Shown: one piece after another, positions 12,684 through 24,565 of the stretch
How the letters are laid out: every line of letters starts with the position of its first letter
Numbering within the stretch: the first letter of the stretch is position 1
Assembly: GCF_000181795.1 (NCBI RefSeq)
Contig: NW_003526940.1
Location: forward strand, 664,336-697,421
Direction: 5' to 3'
Length of the DNA stretch: 33,086 nt
From: Trichinella spiralis
Taxonomy: Eukaryota
Position numbers and translations under genes: made by a program
The notes under the pieces: model-generated
The model's input: the letters and a program-made list of their open reading frames with translations, nothing else
Told to the model about the DNA's origin: nothing
Databases searched by the model: none

Positions 12684-12697
12684 GAAGGGGGAAGTAG
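12684..12697 (+). promoter_or_regulatory. Polypurine tract
   Basis: GAAGGGGGAAGTAG immediately precedes the 3' LTR. Confidence 0.85.
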
Positions 12698-13119
12698 TGT
12701 AGCAGACGCAGACCGACAACTAACAACTTCTGTGCTTCTCTAGATAACGAAGATGAGGAAGAAAAAAAAAGCTACCGTAAGCTGACCAGTACTTGAAGAT
12801 CAGGAAGGAGTACGGTGGAAGGTGATTATTATTAGCAGCGGTGGAGCGATAGTCTGTTGTTAGCAAGAGATAGTGGTGGCCGTTGTTGTAATTGCGAATA
12901 AATATTGTATTCCTGTTCTGTTGCTTTGAGTGCGAGTATGTTACCAACAAAGCGTGAATTAGGGAAAAGGGGCGGCAGGGCCGGTAGTAACCGGACGAAC
13001 GATACAGACGCAGACATGAGCCCGCAGATCGACATCGGCGTGTCATCATTTGGTAATGGCCGTGGCAGCATCCCTGTTGAGGCGAGGAACGAGCCCGCCC
13101 AGGAGAGCGGCTCGTTACA
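12698..13119 (+). repeat. 3' LTR (422 bp)
   Basis: Direct repeat of 8157-8561. Manual alignment shows about 19 substitutions plus indels of 4, 2 and 11 bp. Confidence 0.95.
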
Positions 13120-13527
13120 CTACAAAAATTCATTTTACTTGAATTTTGTAAGATACTGTATTAATGGTCAGGTTCAGTTAGTCAAGTTTAAATTGTGAAC
13201 CATATGAATTGGGTTCTGAAAATTCATTTATCATAATGTAACGGAACCGTTCATACTGTACTTAATGCTAGATTGATACCTACTCATTATTAATTCACAG
13301 AAGCAGTATGGTTGTTACTATATATAATTAGTGTGTGTGTTCGATCGAGTAAACGTTGTACACAACAATAATATTTATAAAACAATAGAATAATACTAAA
13401 ATATAATTGTTTTGATATTTCAAACCATTATTTAAATTTCATTCATTGTAAAACTATTGTTAACGATGGAACACCGACATTTTATATTCAGGTCAAACCT
13501 GACTTTTTAGTAACTACAGTAAGAAAT

Positions 13528-15240
13528 TGTTGGTGACGTAAGAGGTTGTGTGTTTGCCATATTGTACTCAGTTTGCGTTATGAATTTGCGTGTGCTAGTT
13601 GCGTTTTGTCTGTGTCAGGCATTGAATGAACTGTACGATTATTCGACAAAGTTTGACTGACACACTATTCTTCATGAAGGCGAAACAATCAACAATGGGT
13701 AGTCATAACCGAGTTGGATGTCCTGAGATTTGTACAGTCCTCATATGAGAAACCGAATTAAATTTTGTCTCCAATATTTGGTCCTCAGAGCTGGAGTCTC
13801 AGTGATTTGGATGGTATCCATCATGAAAGAAGTCGGAAAAGCGAGAAACCTGCACTTGCGGATAGAAGCGAAACACGACGACATCGAGAGAAGCTTGAAA
13901 CATGAGTGGCATGCCAGGCGTGTTTTGCACCAGCATTACAAATAATGACATTTTAATGTGTATGGATAAAGAATTATTTCTTACATCATGGATGAGTATT
14001 TTTGGTCTCGAAAATTACTGTTTTTATGGGGTACCAACAGCAATGATTTCAATCGCCTTTCAAACATGGCCTTAGTGAACTGTGTAGCATGGGATGCTTG
14101 ATATCTCCACAGTTCTTCCCTGAATGAAATGCGATGTGAGGAGCATCAAACAATCATTGAAAAAGATGGTTGATTCTTCATCAACTGTGAATGACAGCCA
14201 TATATCAGGACAAATTTATACCATGTCCGCAACAGAGCTGCAGTTACAAGAGCACATACGTCGTATTTCTATGGCCTCTTAGATGTTTCGGTGAAGTGGC
14301 CAACGCGTATTGAGGGCCACTTTCCGCTACTCGAAAGCAGCACCCCCTAAGAGAAGACATGGTATTTGAAAAGAGGCTCTGCTTCGCTTGTTTGCAGCGT
14401 GGATGACCAGTTAACGGACAGCAGCTCCGTTCGTAGATGTATGGTGGCAGGATGCAGAGCTGCTCACCGTGATCTCTTACATTTCGACAGTGCGACAAAG
14501 CAATCCTGATCGCCAATGACTACGCAGTTAGAAGAGTTGGTTGCTGAGCGTGTGTAGCGAACAAATTAATGGTATACAGGCCGGATAGTCGCAGGTGGTC
14601 TTCATTCTCTTCGACACGGCGTCACAGAGTTTCTTCATTCAGAAGGACCTAGCGGAAATTCTGCGGCTTACGGGCCCGGATGAAGCGGTTGCTTTGGATT
14701 CTCTGACAAGCACGAAATTCATGCAACGGCTGATGTCTGGACGTGCGCTACAATTAATTGCTGATAGCGATTTATCGAAAGCGGTCACCTGACACTTGCC
14801 AAGATAAGTGGGAATGGCTAGCAGGCCGCAGTCATTCTGAGGGATTGGCCAGCTTAGTGTCACCTAAAGGAGAGCAGCCAAGATCATCCAGACTACGCCT
14901 CAATCACGCGGCATTTCGTCGATGATGGAGAAAGTTGAAAATTACTAGAGACGAGTCTCTCTGGCCAGACTTGGTATCGTGTCCACTTCGCCGTCTGTTA
15001 GGACATGTGTGAAAGTCAGATGTGCAGCGTTGTGTTTGATGGATCTGTACTCCACCTTTGCAAATTCGCGAAATTACAATTTCACCCAGTCGACGCCATT
15101 CTTCCCTTTCCTCATTTTTTGAGTGGAACGAATTGGCGGCAAACCAGATGATGTATCTTCAAGTCCGCTTGGCCAAAGTGGAACGAATTGGCGGCAAACC
15201 AGATGATGTATCTTCAGGACAGCTTGGCCAAAGTGGAGCT
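13528..15240 (+). mobile_element. Decayed, internally deleted BEL/Pao LTR retrotransposon (5' LTR about 13528-13776, PBS about 13779-13796, gag/PR/RT fragments)
   Basis: An LTR-like block TGTTGG...CCAATA (CAACA in the inverted copy) with ATTAAA is followed by TGGTCCTCAGAGCTGG, similar to the BEL/Pao PBS TGGTCCTTCGAGCCGG. Fragments follow: LCFACLQRG (gag knuckle), ILFDTASQSFFIQKDLAEILRLTG (Pao aspartic protease), WYRVHFAV..CSVVFDGS and MYLQVRL (Pao RT). Confidence 0.8.
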
Positions 15241-15350
15241 TATTGACGGAGAATACAGATGATGATGACTACCAGTTTGCTTGACCTGATGGAATCGAAT
15301 TGGATAGTGAACAGAACTGTTGTATCTTACCAGTCCTGCTTATTCAATGT
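15122..15350 (+). repeat. 55-bp tandem repeat, about 2 clean copies then degraded copies up to the gap
   Basis: Unit TTGGCCAAAGTGGAACGAATTGGCGGCAAACCAGATGATGTATCTTCAAGTCCGC; it is the reverse complement of the array at 30480-30694. Confidence 0.8.
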
Positions 15351-15499
15351 TTATCTATANNNNNNNNNNGGTGATAGTTAACCAAAATTCCCGCCCCTTC
15401 CCTATTTGCAAATCTCTCTACTTGCTGTAAACCGGCAGCTGGACAATTCATAGAATATTCTGTCCCGGGTTCAGAGATCCTCTTCAACTATTGTTGGTC

Positions 15500-16217
15500 C
15501 AGTCAGATCTTTGGTGAAAGCTGCTCTCCATGGAGAGCGCAGGCCCTCGTACTGACTAATGATAATCACAAAAAGCGCATGGTGATCTAGTATTCTCAAA
15601 CTATCAACCGCTTTACACTACTTCATGTGTACCCTCTATGTGAATTCAACGATATGGTACAAGCTATATCGAAATACCATTTCTTCAGTACCGTCGATCT
15701 AAAGAGTGCGTATTGCCTAATTCCCATCAATGCTAGAGACAGACCATATACGGCCTTTGAAGCTGGCGGAAGACTTTACCAGTTCAAACGCATTCCATTT
15801 GGAGTTACGAACGGTGTTCCATGTTTCCAAAGAGTCATGGATAATATCCTTCCATTAGAAAAATTAACGGATACGTTTGTCTACGTTGATAACGTTATGA
15901 TCTGTGTCTTGAATCAAGAAGAGCACACGAAAACCTGAATAGATTCAGAGAAGTCGCTGATAATACATTCTGACGCTTAATAATGACAAATGTGAGTTCA
16001 CAAAACCCATGTAAAACTATTCGGATACATCATCGAACGAGGGAACGTTGCATCCTGACCCCAGAGAGATTCAGACCACTGCAACAGTTCAACTTCATGA
16101 TATACAGCATCATTTCGAAGAGTGCTTGGGATGTTCGTCTGCTTATTCCCCCTGGATACCTATCATTCTCTAAAAAAAACAATTCTTTGTCAAAATGAAC
16201 AATGTATTCCTTGCCTC
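15500..16217 (+). mobile_element. Ty3/Gypsy reverse transcriptase fragment of a second, AT-richer family, isolated between gaps
   Basis: FSTVDLKSAYCLIPI..DRPYTAFEAGGRLYQFKRIPFGVTNGVPCFQRVMD..FVYVDNV, with KKRMVI*YSQTINRFT upstream. Confidence 0.85.
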
Positions 16218-17060
16218 NNNNNNNNNNNNNNNNNNNNNNNNNNNNNNNNNNNNNNNNNNNNNNNNNNNNNNNNNNNNNNNNNNNNNNNNNNNNNNNNNNN
16301 NNNNNNNNNNNNNNNNNNNNNNNNNNNNNNNNNNNNNNNNNNNNNNNNNNNNNNNNNNNNNNNNNNNNNNNNNNNNNNNNNNNNNNNNNNNNNNNNNNNN
16401 NNNNNNNNNNNNNNNNNNNNNNNNNNNNNNNNNNNNNNNNNNNNNNNNNNNNNNNNNNNNNNNNNNNNNNNNNNNNNNNNNNNNNNNNNNNNNNNNNNNN
16501 NNNNNNNNNNNNNNNNNNNNNNNNNNNNNNNNNNNNNNNNNNNNNNNNNNNNNNNNNNNNNNNNNNNNNNNNNNNNNNNNNNNNNNNNNNNNNNNNNNNN
16601 NNNNNNNNNNNNNNNNNNNNNNNNNNNNNNNNNNNNNNNNNNNNNNNNNNNNNNNNNNNNNNNNNNNNNNNNNNNNNNNNNNNNNNNNNNNNNNNNNNNN
16701 NNNNNNNNNNNNNNNNNNNNNNNNNNNNNNNNNNNNNNNNNNNNNNNNNNNNNNNNNNNNNNNNNNNNNNNNNNNNNNNNNNNNNNNNNNNNNNNNNNNN
16801 NNNNNNNNNNNNNNNNNNNNNNNNNNNNNNNNNNNNNNNNNNNNNNNNNNNNNNNNNNNNNNNNNNNNNNNNNNNNNNNNNNNNNNNNNNNNNNNNNNNN
16901 NNNNNNNNNNNNNNNNNNNNNNNNNNNNNNNNNNNNNNNNNNNNNNNNNNNNNNNNNNNNNNNNNNNNNNNNNNNNNNNNNNNNNNNNNNNNNNNNNNNN
17001 NNNNNNNNNNNNNNNNNNNNNNNNNNNNNNNNNNNNNNNNNNNNNNNNNNNNNNNNNNNN

Positions 17061-18443
17061 CAGATGGGCGAAGTCGACACGAATAAGAAGTGTGGCCAGA
17101 GAGACTCGTCTCTAGTAATTTTCAACTTTGTCCATCCTCCACGCAATATCACGTGAACGAAGTGTAGTCTGGATGATTTTCGCAGCTCTCCTTTAGGTGA
17201 CACTAAGCCGTGACCAGCCGGCGACTTTGGTGTTTAGTCGATCCAGGGGAGGTCCAACTAGTATTTTTCTCCATCAAAAGACAATATTTGTTAGAACCTC
17301 CGACAATATTTGTTAGAACTCTCTCAAGTACAACGTCGCTATCAACTGCGGAAAGGTTTCGTCCAGGGTGACTTTGAGTGCTTCTTCTATTTTCCAGAAC
17401 TCTCGAAAAAGTTTACCAGTGGCTTCCTCCTTTCGCGTCAGCAACGTTCGGGCCTCTTCAGTCACCATCATGGTTGTCAGTACAATTGGAATCCAACCGA
17501 TTTGGACTGCAAGGCTACTGGACCGTCAGTCGAAGGCGACCGTCGATGATATCAAAGTAGTGAACAAGATCCATGATAGAGCACATCACGATCAGTTTCC
17601 CTTGTAATCGCTCAATCATCTTCAGCGATTCCAAGTGTGGCAAACCATCAGAATCACTGCGGCCCGCAAGTTATTCCCACATATCTTGGCAAATGCTCGT
17701 ACTCAGCGTGAGGTGATCGCTTTCGATAAATCGCTAGTAGCATTTAATTGTAGCGCACGTCCAGACATCAGCCGTTGCATGATTTTTCTGCTTCTCAGAG
17801 AAACCAAATCAACCGCTTTATCCGGGCCCGTAAGCCGCAGAATTTCCGCTAGGTCTTTCAGAATGAAGAAACTCTGTGACGCCGTGTCGAAGAGAATGAA
17901 GACCACCTGCGACTATCCGGCCTGTATACCATTAATTTGTTCGCTACACACCCTCAGCAACCAACTCTTCGAATTGCGTAGTCATTGGCGATCAGGATTG
18001 CATTGTCGCACTGTCACAATGTAAGAGCTCGTGGTGAGCAGCTCCCCATCCTGCCACCGAACATCTCTGAACGGAACTGCTGTCCGTTATCCGGTCATCC
18101 ACGCTGCAAGCAAGCGAAGCAAAGCCTCTTTACAACCATCATGTCTTCTCTTAGGGGGTGCTGCTTTCGAGCAGCGGACCTGAGCACAAAATGTTGTAGA
18201 CAAAATTTAATTCGGTTTCTCATATGTGGACTGTACAAATCTCAGGATGACCAACTCGGTTATGACTACTCGATGTCGATTGTTTCACGTTCATGAACAA
18301 CAGGGTGTCAGTCAATCTTTGTCGAATAATCGTACTGTTCATTCAATGCCTAACACAGACAAGACACGCGACTGACACACGAAAATTCATATCGCAAACT
18401 GAGCACAATATGGCAAACATGCAACCTCTTACGTCATCAACAA
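17061..18443 (-). mobile_element. BEL/Pao remnant, inverted paralog of 13528-15000
   Basis: Same LTR, gag and protease blocks as the + copy. It also keeps about 17210-17640 (KLFREFWKIEE, Y*LDLPW), which is missing from the + copy. Confidence 0.75.
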
Positions 18444-19105
18444 TTTCTTTCTGTAGTTACTGAAAGGCAGGTTTGACCTAAATATAAAATGTCGGTGTTC
18501 CATCGTTAATAATGTTTTTGCAATGAATCAAATTTTAATAATGTTTGAAAATATCAAAACAATTATATTTTAGTATTATTTTATTGTTTTATATATATTA
18601 TGATAAATAAATTTTCTGAACAATTCATATGAGTCACAATTTAAACTTGACAAACTGAACCTGACCATTAATATAGTATCTTACAAAATTCAAGTGAAAT
18701 GAATTTTTTGAACTATTGTTATAGCGCTATTTTCACACACTCAAACCCAACATGCTGTTTTGCATGCTTGCACGTAATAAACGCACTTTTCATTGTGCTT
18801 CTGGATGCGCGTAGACCGGCTAGATAATTACAGTAATTACATTACGTCAACAAATTAGATGATCTCCATGGTCACGCTCGACAATTTTACACTAAAGTTG
18901 AATAGTATGCTTGAGATTATACCGAAGTCAGTATTATTGGAATTTTTCCCCTCTTGAAATGCTTTGAAAGTAGAAGAAGTTATTTAAACGTGCAAATCTT
19001 TTGTCAAAATATATTCAAGAAATATAATAAGAACTGTTTGTTGGGTAGTATTATAAAGACGTATAAAAAAAGAGAGCAATGAGATCGATGTTGGAGAAAT
19101 AATTA

Positions 19106-19924
19106 CAGTGGAACTCTGGTTCTCCGATAATCGATTATCCGAACACCCGATTATCCGAACGCTTTTTTGCCGGATAGATAAAATGCATTGTTTAGTATAT
19201 TAAATTCAACCTGTATTTTACTAATACTGTAACATTCTGTTGTTGGCTAATTTTTGTCCTGTATGTCCACTACTAGAAAATGAAAGGTTTTGAGCTTAGA
19301 GCAAAAACTAGAAGTGTATAGACTTGTGGAGAATGGCAAGTCGTTCAGGAAAACTGCTAAAATTGCTGATGATACCCCGTTATTTGAAACATTAAGTGAC
19401 GAAGAAATACTCATTGCAATGAAAAAAGATGAAAATGATGACGTTGACGAGTCTAACATGCCTGATAAGCCAACTGAAAGACTGAGCCATTCAGAAGCCT
19501 ATTCTTGCTTTAAATTCGGCTTGTAGTGGATAGAGCAGCGGAATAAATTCAGCGCTACTCAGCTTATGGTAGTAAGGCATATTTGTGATATCGCTGCACA
19601 GAAGAAGCTGTCTTCATTAAAACACAAACTTATTACTGATTTTATAAAATATGACGCAAAGTAAATCTATTGGTTTTCAATGTATCGCTGAAAAATATAA
19701 TTGATTGTGTTAATAAACGTTCATATAGTTTAAGTAAGTAAAGGACAAATAATGTCGCATAATAAACAGAATGTCTACTATTCCGCGTTTAATTGAGAAT
19801 AACCGCTATAAACGCTTCAATAACATATATGCACTTATAAAATTGAAAATGTCTGATTATCCGAAAATCCGATTATCTGAAGGACCCCCAAAAATCGTGT
19901 GTATAGATAATCGAGGTTCCACTG
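19106..19924 (+). mobile_element. Non-autonomous Tigger/pogo-family DNA transposon (819 bp, internally deleted)
   Basis: TA|CAGTGGAAC...GTTCCACTG|TA termini with a TA TSD and subterminal GATTATCCGAA repeats. Coding remnants: LSLEQKLEVYRLVENGKSFRK (CENP-B/psq-type HTH), an acidic tract LSDEEI..DENDDVDES and a terminal KHKLITDFIK. Confidence 0.88.
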
Positions 19925-19941
19925 TATTTTCAATTTCATAC

Positions 19942-20248
19942 CTTTATTCTCACGATTTCCTTTCGTATTTTCAATTACATGTAATTTATCCACAATGAAT
20001 TCTCCATTTCTTAGCTTCAATTGTCTAAAATACGAAAAATTATTTAAGTTTTAAATTATTTTTTTCATCTAAGAGAAATATTGTAAAATAATGTTTAGAT
20101 GATGATTTTTTGAAAATTCAAAAATAATACGTGACGATTGAGCTGCAATCAAAAAATGCTTACTTTGAGTTGACATCATATCGAACGTCTCGATCTTCCC
20201 AAATTACATCGTAATGTTTTAAATTTTTTTCTAAGATTTGAACATCAT
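19942..20248 (-). pseudogene. BBS5: BBS5 pseudogene fragment (exons 1-2 with intron 1)
   Basis: MMFKS* (GTG changed to TAG at codon 6), then [15 protein letters not shown] and [23 protein letters not shown]. The intron is retained, so this is a DNA-level duplicate. Confidence 0.9.
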
Positions 20249-23072
20249 GAAATCACATTGAAATTTAATATTTTTACTTTTAAAACATTTGATTAAAATT
20301 TCAGTTGAAGACACACGCGTGTGCGTATTGTCTCGTGAGTTATAAACTGAAACCGCTTTATACGAATTAAGCGGTATTTCCATTTGATTAATAACTTCAA
20401 ATGAGCAAATGAACATTATATGACTATATGAACAGGCGTTCATGTTTCTTTAAAACATTACGCATAGAGAACTCGATGATTCCTTATGATGGTCCTCTTT
20501 ACGACAAAACACGCTACAGCATGAAGACCTGCTATCTGATTAGGTCGGAAGGTACACTCCATTTTCATCCCCTGTCCGAGGACACGCTTAATTGCCGAGC
20601 GTAACAAACTATGGAACATTACCGCTCCCTTCTCCGACTCGAATTAATTACTAGGTTCGAAATTGTCAGCCTTCAACTTAGGGTCGGGGAATACGACTCA
20701 TTTCTTTCCCCCAATTATACCCTCCGTGCCCTAACAACACATTAAACTTTGTGCCTAATGGCCATCACCTTCTGCAACCCCCTGGCCTACTTCACGACTT
20801 AGTGATAATAGGGTGCCGCTTCGCGCGCTTCCCTCTTCTATGTTTATTCCTTTCCTCTTAATTTCCTTCCACGCTTCCACCNNNNNNNNNNCAATTCGTT
20901 CCACTCAAAAAATGAGGAAAAGGAAGAAAGGCGTCGACTGGGTGAATTTGTAATTTCGCGAATTTGCAACGGTGGTGTGCAGATCCGTCAAGCACAACGC
21001 TGCACATCTGACTTTCACCCATGTCCTAACAGATGGCGAAGTGGACACGATAAAAAGTCTGGCCAGAGAGACTCGTCTCTAGTAATTTTCAACTTTGTCC
21101 ATCCTCCACGCAATATCACGTGAACGAAGTGTAGTCTGGATGATTTTCGCAGCTCTCCTTTAGGTGACACTAAGCCGTGACCAGCCGGCGACTTTGGTGT
21201 TTAGTCGATCCAGGGGAGGTCCAACTAGTATTTTTCTCCATCAAAAGACAATATTTGTTAGAACCTCCGACAATATTTGTTAGAACTCTCTCAAGTACAA
21301 CGTCGCTATCAACTGCGGAAAGGTTTCGTCCAGGGTGACTTTGAGTGCTTCTTCTATTTTCCAGAACTCTCGAAAAAGTTTACCAGTGGCTTCCTCCTTT
21401 CGCGTCAGCAACGTTCGGGCCTCTTCAGTCACCATCATGGTTGTCAGTACAATTGGAATCCAACCGATTTGGACTGCAAGGCTACTGGACCGTCAGTCGA
21501 AGGCGACCGTCGATGATATCAAAGTAGTGAACAAGATCCATGATAGAGCACATCACGATCAGTTTCCCTTGTAATCGCTCAATCATCTTCAGCGATTCCA
21601 AGTGTGGCAAACCATCAGAATCACTGCGGCCCGCAAGTTATTCCCACATATCTTGGCAAATGCTCGTACTCAGCGTGAGGTGATCGCTTTCGATAAATCG
21701 CTAGTAGCATTTAATTGTAGCGCACGTCCAGACATCAGCCGTTGCATGATTTTTCTGCTTCTCAGAGAAACCAAATCAACCGCTTTATCCGGGCCCGTAA
21801 GCCGCAGAATTTCCGCTAGGTCTTTCAGAATGAAGAAACTCTGTGACGCCGTGTCGAAGAGAATGAAGACCACCTGCGACTATCCGGCCTGTATACCATT
21901 AATTTGTTCGCTACACACCCTCAGCAACCAACTCTTCGAATTGCGTAGTCATTGGCGATCAGGATTGCATTGTCGCACTGTCACAATGTAAGAGCTCGTG
22001 GTGAGCAGCTCCCCATCCTGCCACCGAACATCTCTGAACGGAACTGCTGTCCGTTATCCGGTCATCCACGCTGCAAGCAAGCGAAGCAAAGCCTCTTTAC
22101 AACCATCATGTCTTCTCTTAGGGGGTGCTGCTTTCGAGCAGCGGACCTGAGCACAAAATGTTGTAGACAAAATTTAATTCGGTTTCTCATATGTGGACTG
22201 TACAAATCTCAGGATGACCAACTCGGTTATGACTACTCGATGTCGATTGTTTCACGTTCATGAACAACAGGGTGTCAGTCAATCTTTGTCGAATAATCGT
22301 ACTGTTCATTCAATGCCTAACACAGACAAGACACGCGACTGACACACGAAAATTCATATCGCAAACTGAGCACAATATGGCAAACATGCAACCTCTTACG
22401 TCATCAACAATTTCTTTCTGTAGTTACTGAAAGGCAGGTTTGACCTAAATATAAAATGTCGGTGTTCCATCGTTAATAATGTTTTTGCAATGAATCAAAT
22501 TTTAATAATGTTTGAAAATATCAAAACAATTATATTTTAGTATTATTTTATTGTTTTATATATATTATGATAAATAAATTTTCTGAACAATTCATATGAG
22601 TCACAATTTAAACTTGACAAACTGAACCTGACCATTAATATAGTATCTTACAAAATTCAAGTGAAATGAATTTTTTGAACTATTGTTATAGCGCTATTTT
22701 CACACACTCAAACCCAACATGCTGTTTTGCATGCTTGCACGTAATAAACGCACTTTTCATTGTGCTTCTGGATGCGCGTAGACCGGCTAGATAATTACAG
22801 TAATTACATTACGTCAACAAATTAGATGATCTCCATGGTCACGCTCGACAATTTTACACTAAAGTTGAATAGTATGCTTGAGATTATACCGAAGTCAGTA
22901 TTATTGGAATTTTTCCCCTCTTGAAATGCTTTGAAAGTAGAAGAAGTTATTTAAACGTGCAAATCTTTTGTCAAAATATATTCAAGAAATATAATAAGAA
23001 CTGTTTGTTGGGTAGTATTATAAAGACGTATAAAAAAAGAGAGCAATGAGATCGATGTTGGAGAAATAATTA

Positions 23073-23891
23073 CAGTGGAACTCTGGTTCTCCGATAATCG
23101 ATTATCCGAACACCCGATTATCCGAACGCTTTTTTGCCGGATAGATAAAATGCATTGTTTAGTATATTAAATTCAACCTGTATTTTACTAATACTGTAAC
23201 ATTCTGTTGTTGGCTAATTTTTGTCCTGTATGTCCACTACTAGAAAATGAAAGGTTTTGAGCTTAGAGCAAAAACTAGAAGTGTATAGACTTGTGGAGAA
23301 TGGCAAGTCGTTCAGGAAAACTGCTAAAATTGCTGATGATACCCCGTTATTTGAAACATTAAGTGACGAAGAAATACTCATTGCAATGAAAAAAGATGAA
23401 AATGATGACGTTGACGAGTCTAACATGCCTGATAAGCCAACTGAAAGACTGAGCCATTCAGAAGCCTATTCTTGCTTTAAATTCGGCTTGTAGTGGATAG
23501 AGCAGCGGAATAAATTCAGCGCTACTCAGCTTATGGTAGTAAGGCATATTTGTGATATCGCTGCACAGAAGAAGCTGTCTTCATTAAAACACAAACTTAT
23601 TACTGATTTTATAAAATATGACGCAAAGTAAATCTATTGGTTTTCAATGTATCGCTGAAAAATATAATTGATTGTGTTAATAAACGTTCATATAGTTTAA
23701 GTAAGTAAAGGACAAATAATGTCGCATAATAAACAGAATGTCTACTATTCCGCGTTTAATTGAGAATAACCGCTATAAACGCTTCAATAACATATATGCA
23801 CTTATAAAATTGAAAATGTCTGATTATCCGAAAATCCGATTATCTGAAGGACCCCCAAAAATCGTGTGTATAGATAATCGAGGTTCCACTG
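23073..23891 (+). mobile_element. Tigger/pogo derivative, copy of 19106-19924
   Basis: Same TIRs, TA TSD, flanks and internal sequence as 19106-19924. Confidence 0.88.
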
Positions 23892-23908
23892 TATTTTCAA
23901 TTTCATAC

Positions 23909-24215
23909 CTTTATTCTCACGATTTCCTTTCGTATTTTCAATTACATGTAATTTATCCACAATGAATTCTCCATTTCTTAGCTTCAATTGTCTAAAATAC
24001 GAAAAATTATTTAAGTTTTAAATTATTTTTTTCATCTAAGAGAAATATTGTAAAATAATGTTTAGATGATGATTTTTTGAAAATTCAAAAATAATACGTG
24101 ACGATTGAGCTGCAATCAAAAAATGCTTACTTTGAGTTGACATCATATCGAACGTCTCGATCTTCCCAAATTACATCGTAATGTTTTAAATTTTTTTCTA
24201 AGATTTGAACATCAT
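23909..24215 (-). pseudogene. BBS5: BBS5 pseudogene fragment, copy of 19942-20248
   Basis: Same sequence as 19942-20248, including the premature TAG. Confidence 0.88.
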
Positions 24216-24304
24216 GAAATCACATTGAAATTTAATATTTTTACTTTTAAAACATTTGATTAAAATTTCAGTTGAAGACACACGCGTGTGCGTATTGTCT
24301 CGTG

Positions 24305-24565
24305 AGTTATAAACTGAAACCGCTTTATACGAATTAAGCGGTATTTCCATTTGATTAATAACTTCAAATGAGCAAATGAACATTATATGACTATATGAAC
24401 AGGCGTTCATGTTTCTTTAAAACATTACGCATAGAGAACTCGATGATTCCTTATGATGGTCCTCAAACGAAAAAAATGCTACAGCATGAAAACCTGCTAT
24501 CCAATTTGGTCGGAAGGTACACGTAATTTCGTCCTTGTATGAGGAGATGCTTCAATGCTGAGCGC
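24305..24565 (+). mobile_element. Possible piggyBac (PGBD2/3-like) transposase fragment, also at about 20338-20560
   Basis: Across frames: YKLKPLY, YDYMNRR, IENSMIPYDGPQ and KPAIQFGRKVHVISS. These resemble KVRPL..LN, IDESMIPYxG and KPIRFGxKxW in the right order. Confidence 0.45.

Larger units (their letters stand above)
8157..13119 (+). mobile_element. Full-length Ty3/Gypsy LTR retrotransposon, inactivated
   Basis: Two TG..CA LTRs, PBS and PPT are present, and the domain order is gag-PR-RT-RH-IN. The interior is far more GC-rich than the host. Flanks CTAT (8153-8156) and CTAC (13120-13123) form a 4-bp TSD with one mismatch. Confidence 0.97.
17061..20303 (-). repeat. Diverged inverted duplicate of the segment from about 3900 to 15000 (mosaic with deletions)
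   Basis: The reverse complement matches, in order, about 3900-4289, 6008-6380, 8148-8156 joined to 13120-13787, and 14323-15000, with scattered substitutions. Confidence 0.9.
21028..24465 (+). repeat. Essentially identical second copy of 17061-20498 (offset 3967)
   Basis: Identical ORF set at a constant offset (17310/21277, 19290/23257, 20231/24198). The two copies are separated by an N gap. Confidence 0.95.

Noticed and set aside
12590..12697. Possible env or chromodomain after integrase
   Set aside because: Only about 100 bp separates the integrase stop from the PPT and LTR, and no motif is seen.
16122..17203. Long ORFs of about 300 aa in the track (also 31391-32188)
   Set aside because: They are artefacts of translating through N gaps.
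17281..17319. 17-bp direct repeat ACAATATTTGTTAGAAC
   Set aside because: It is a local slippage duplication inside decayed BEL/Pao sequence.
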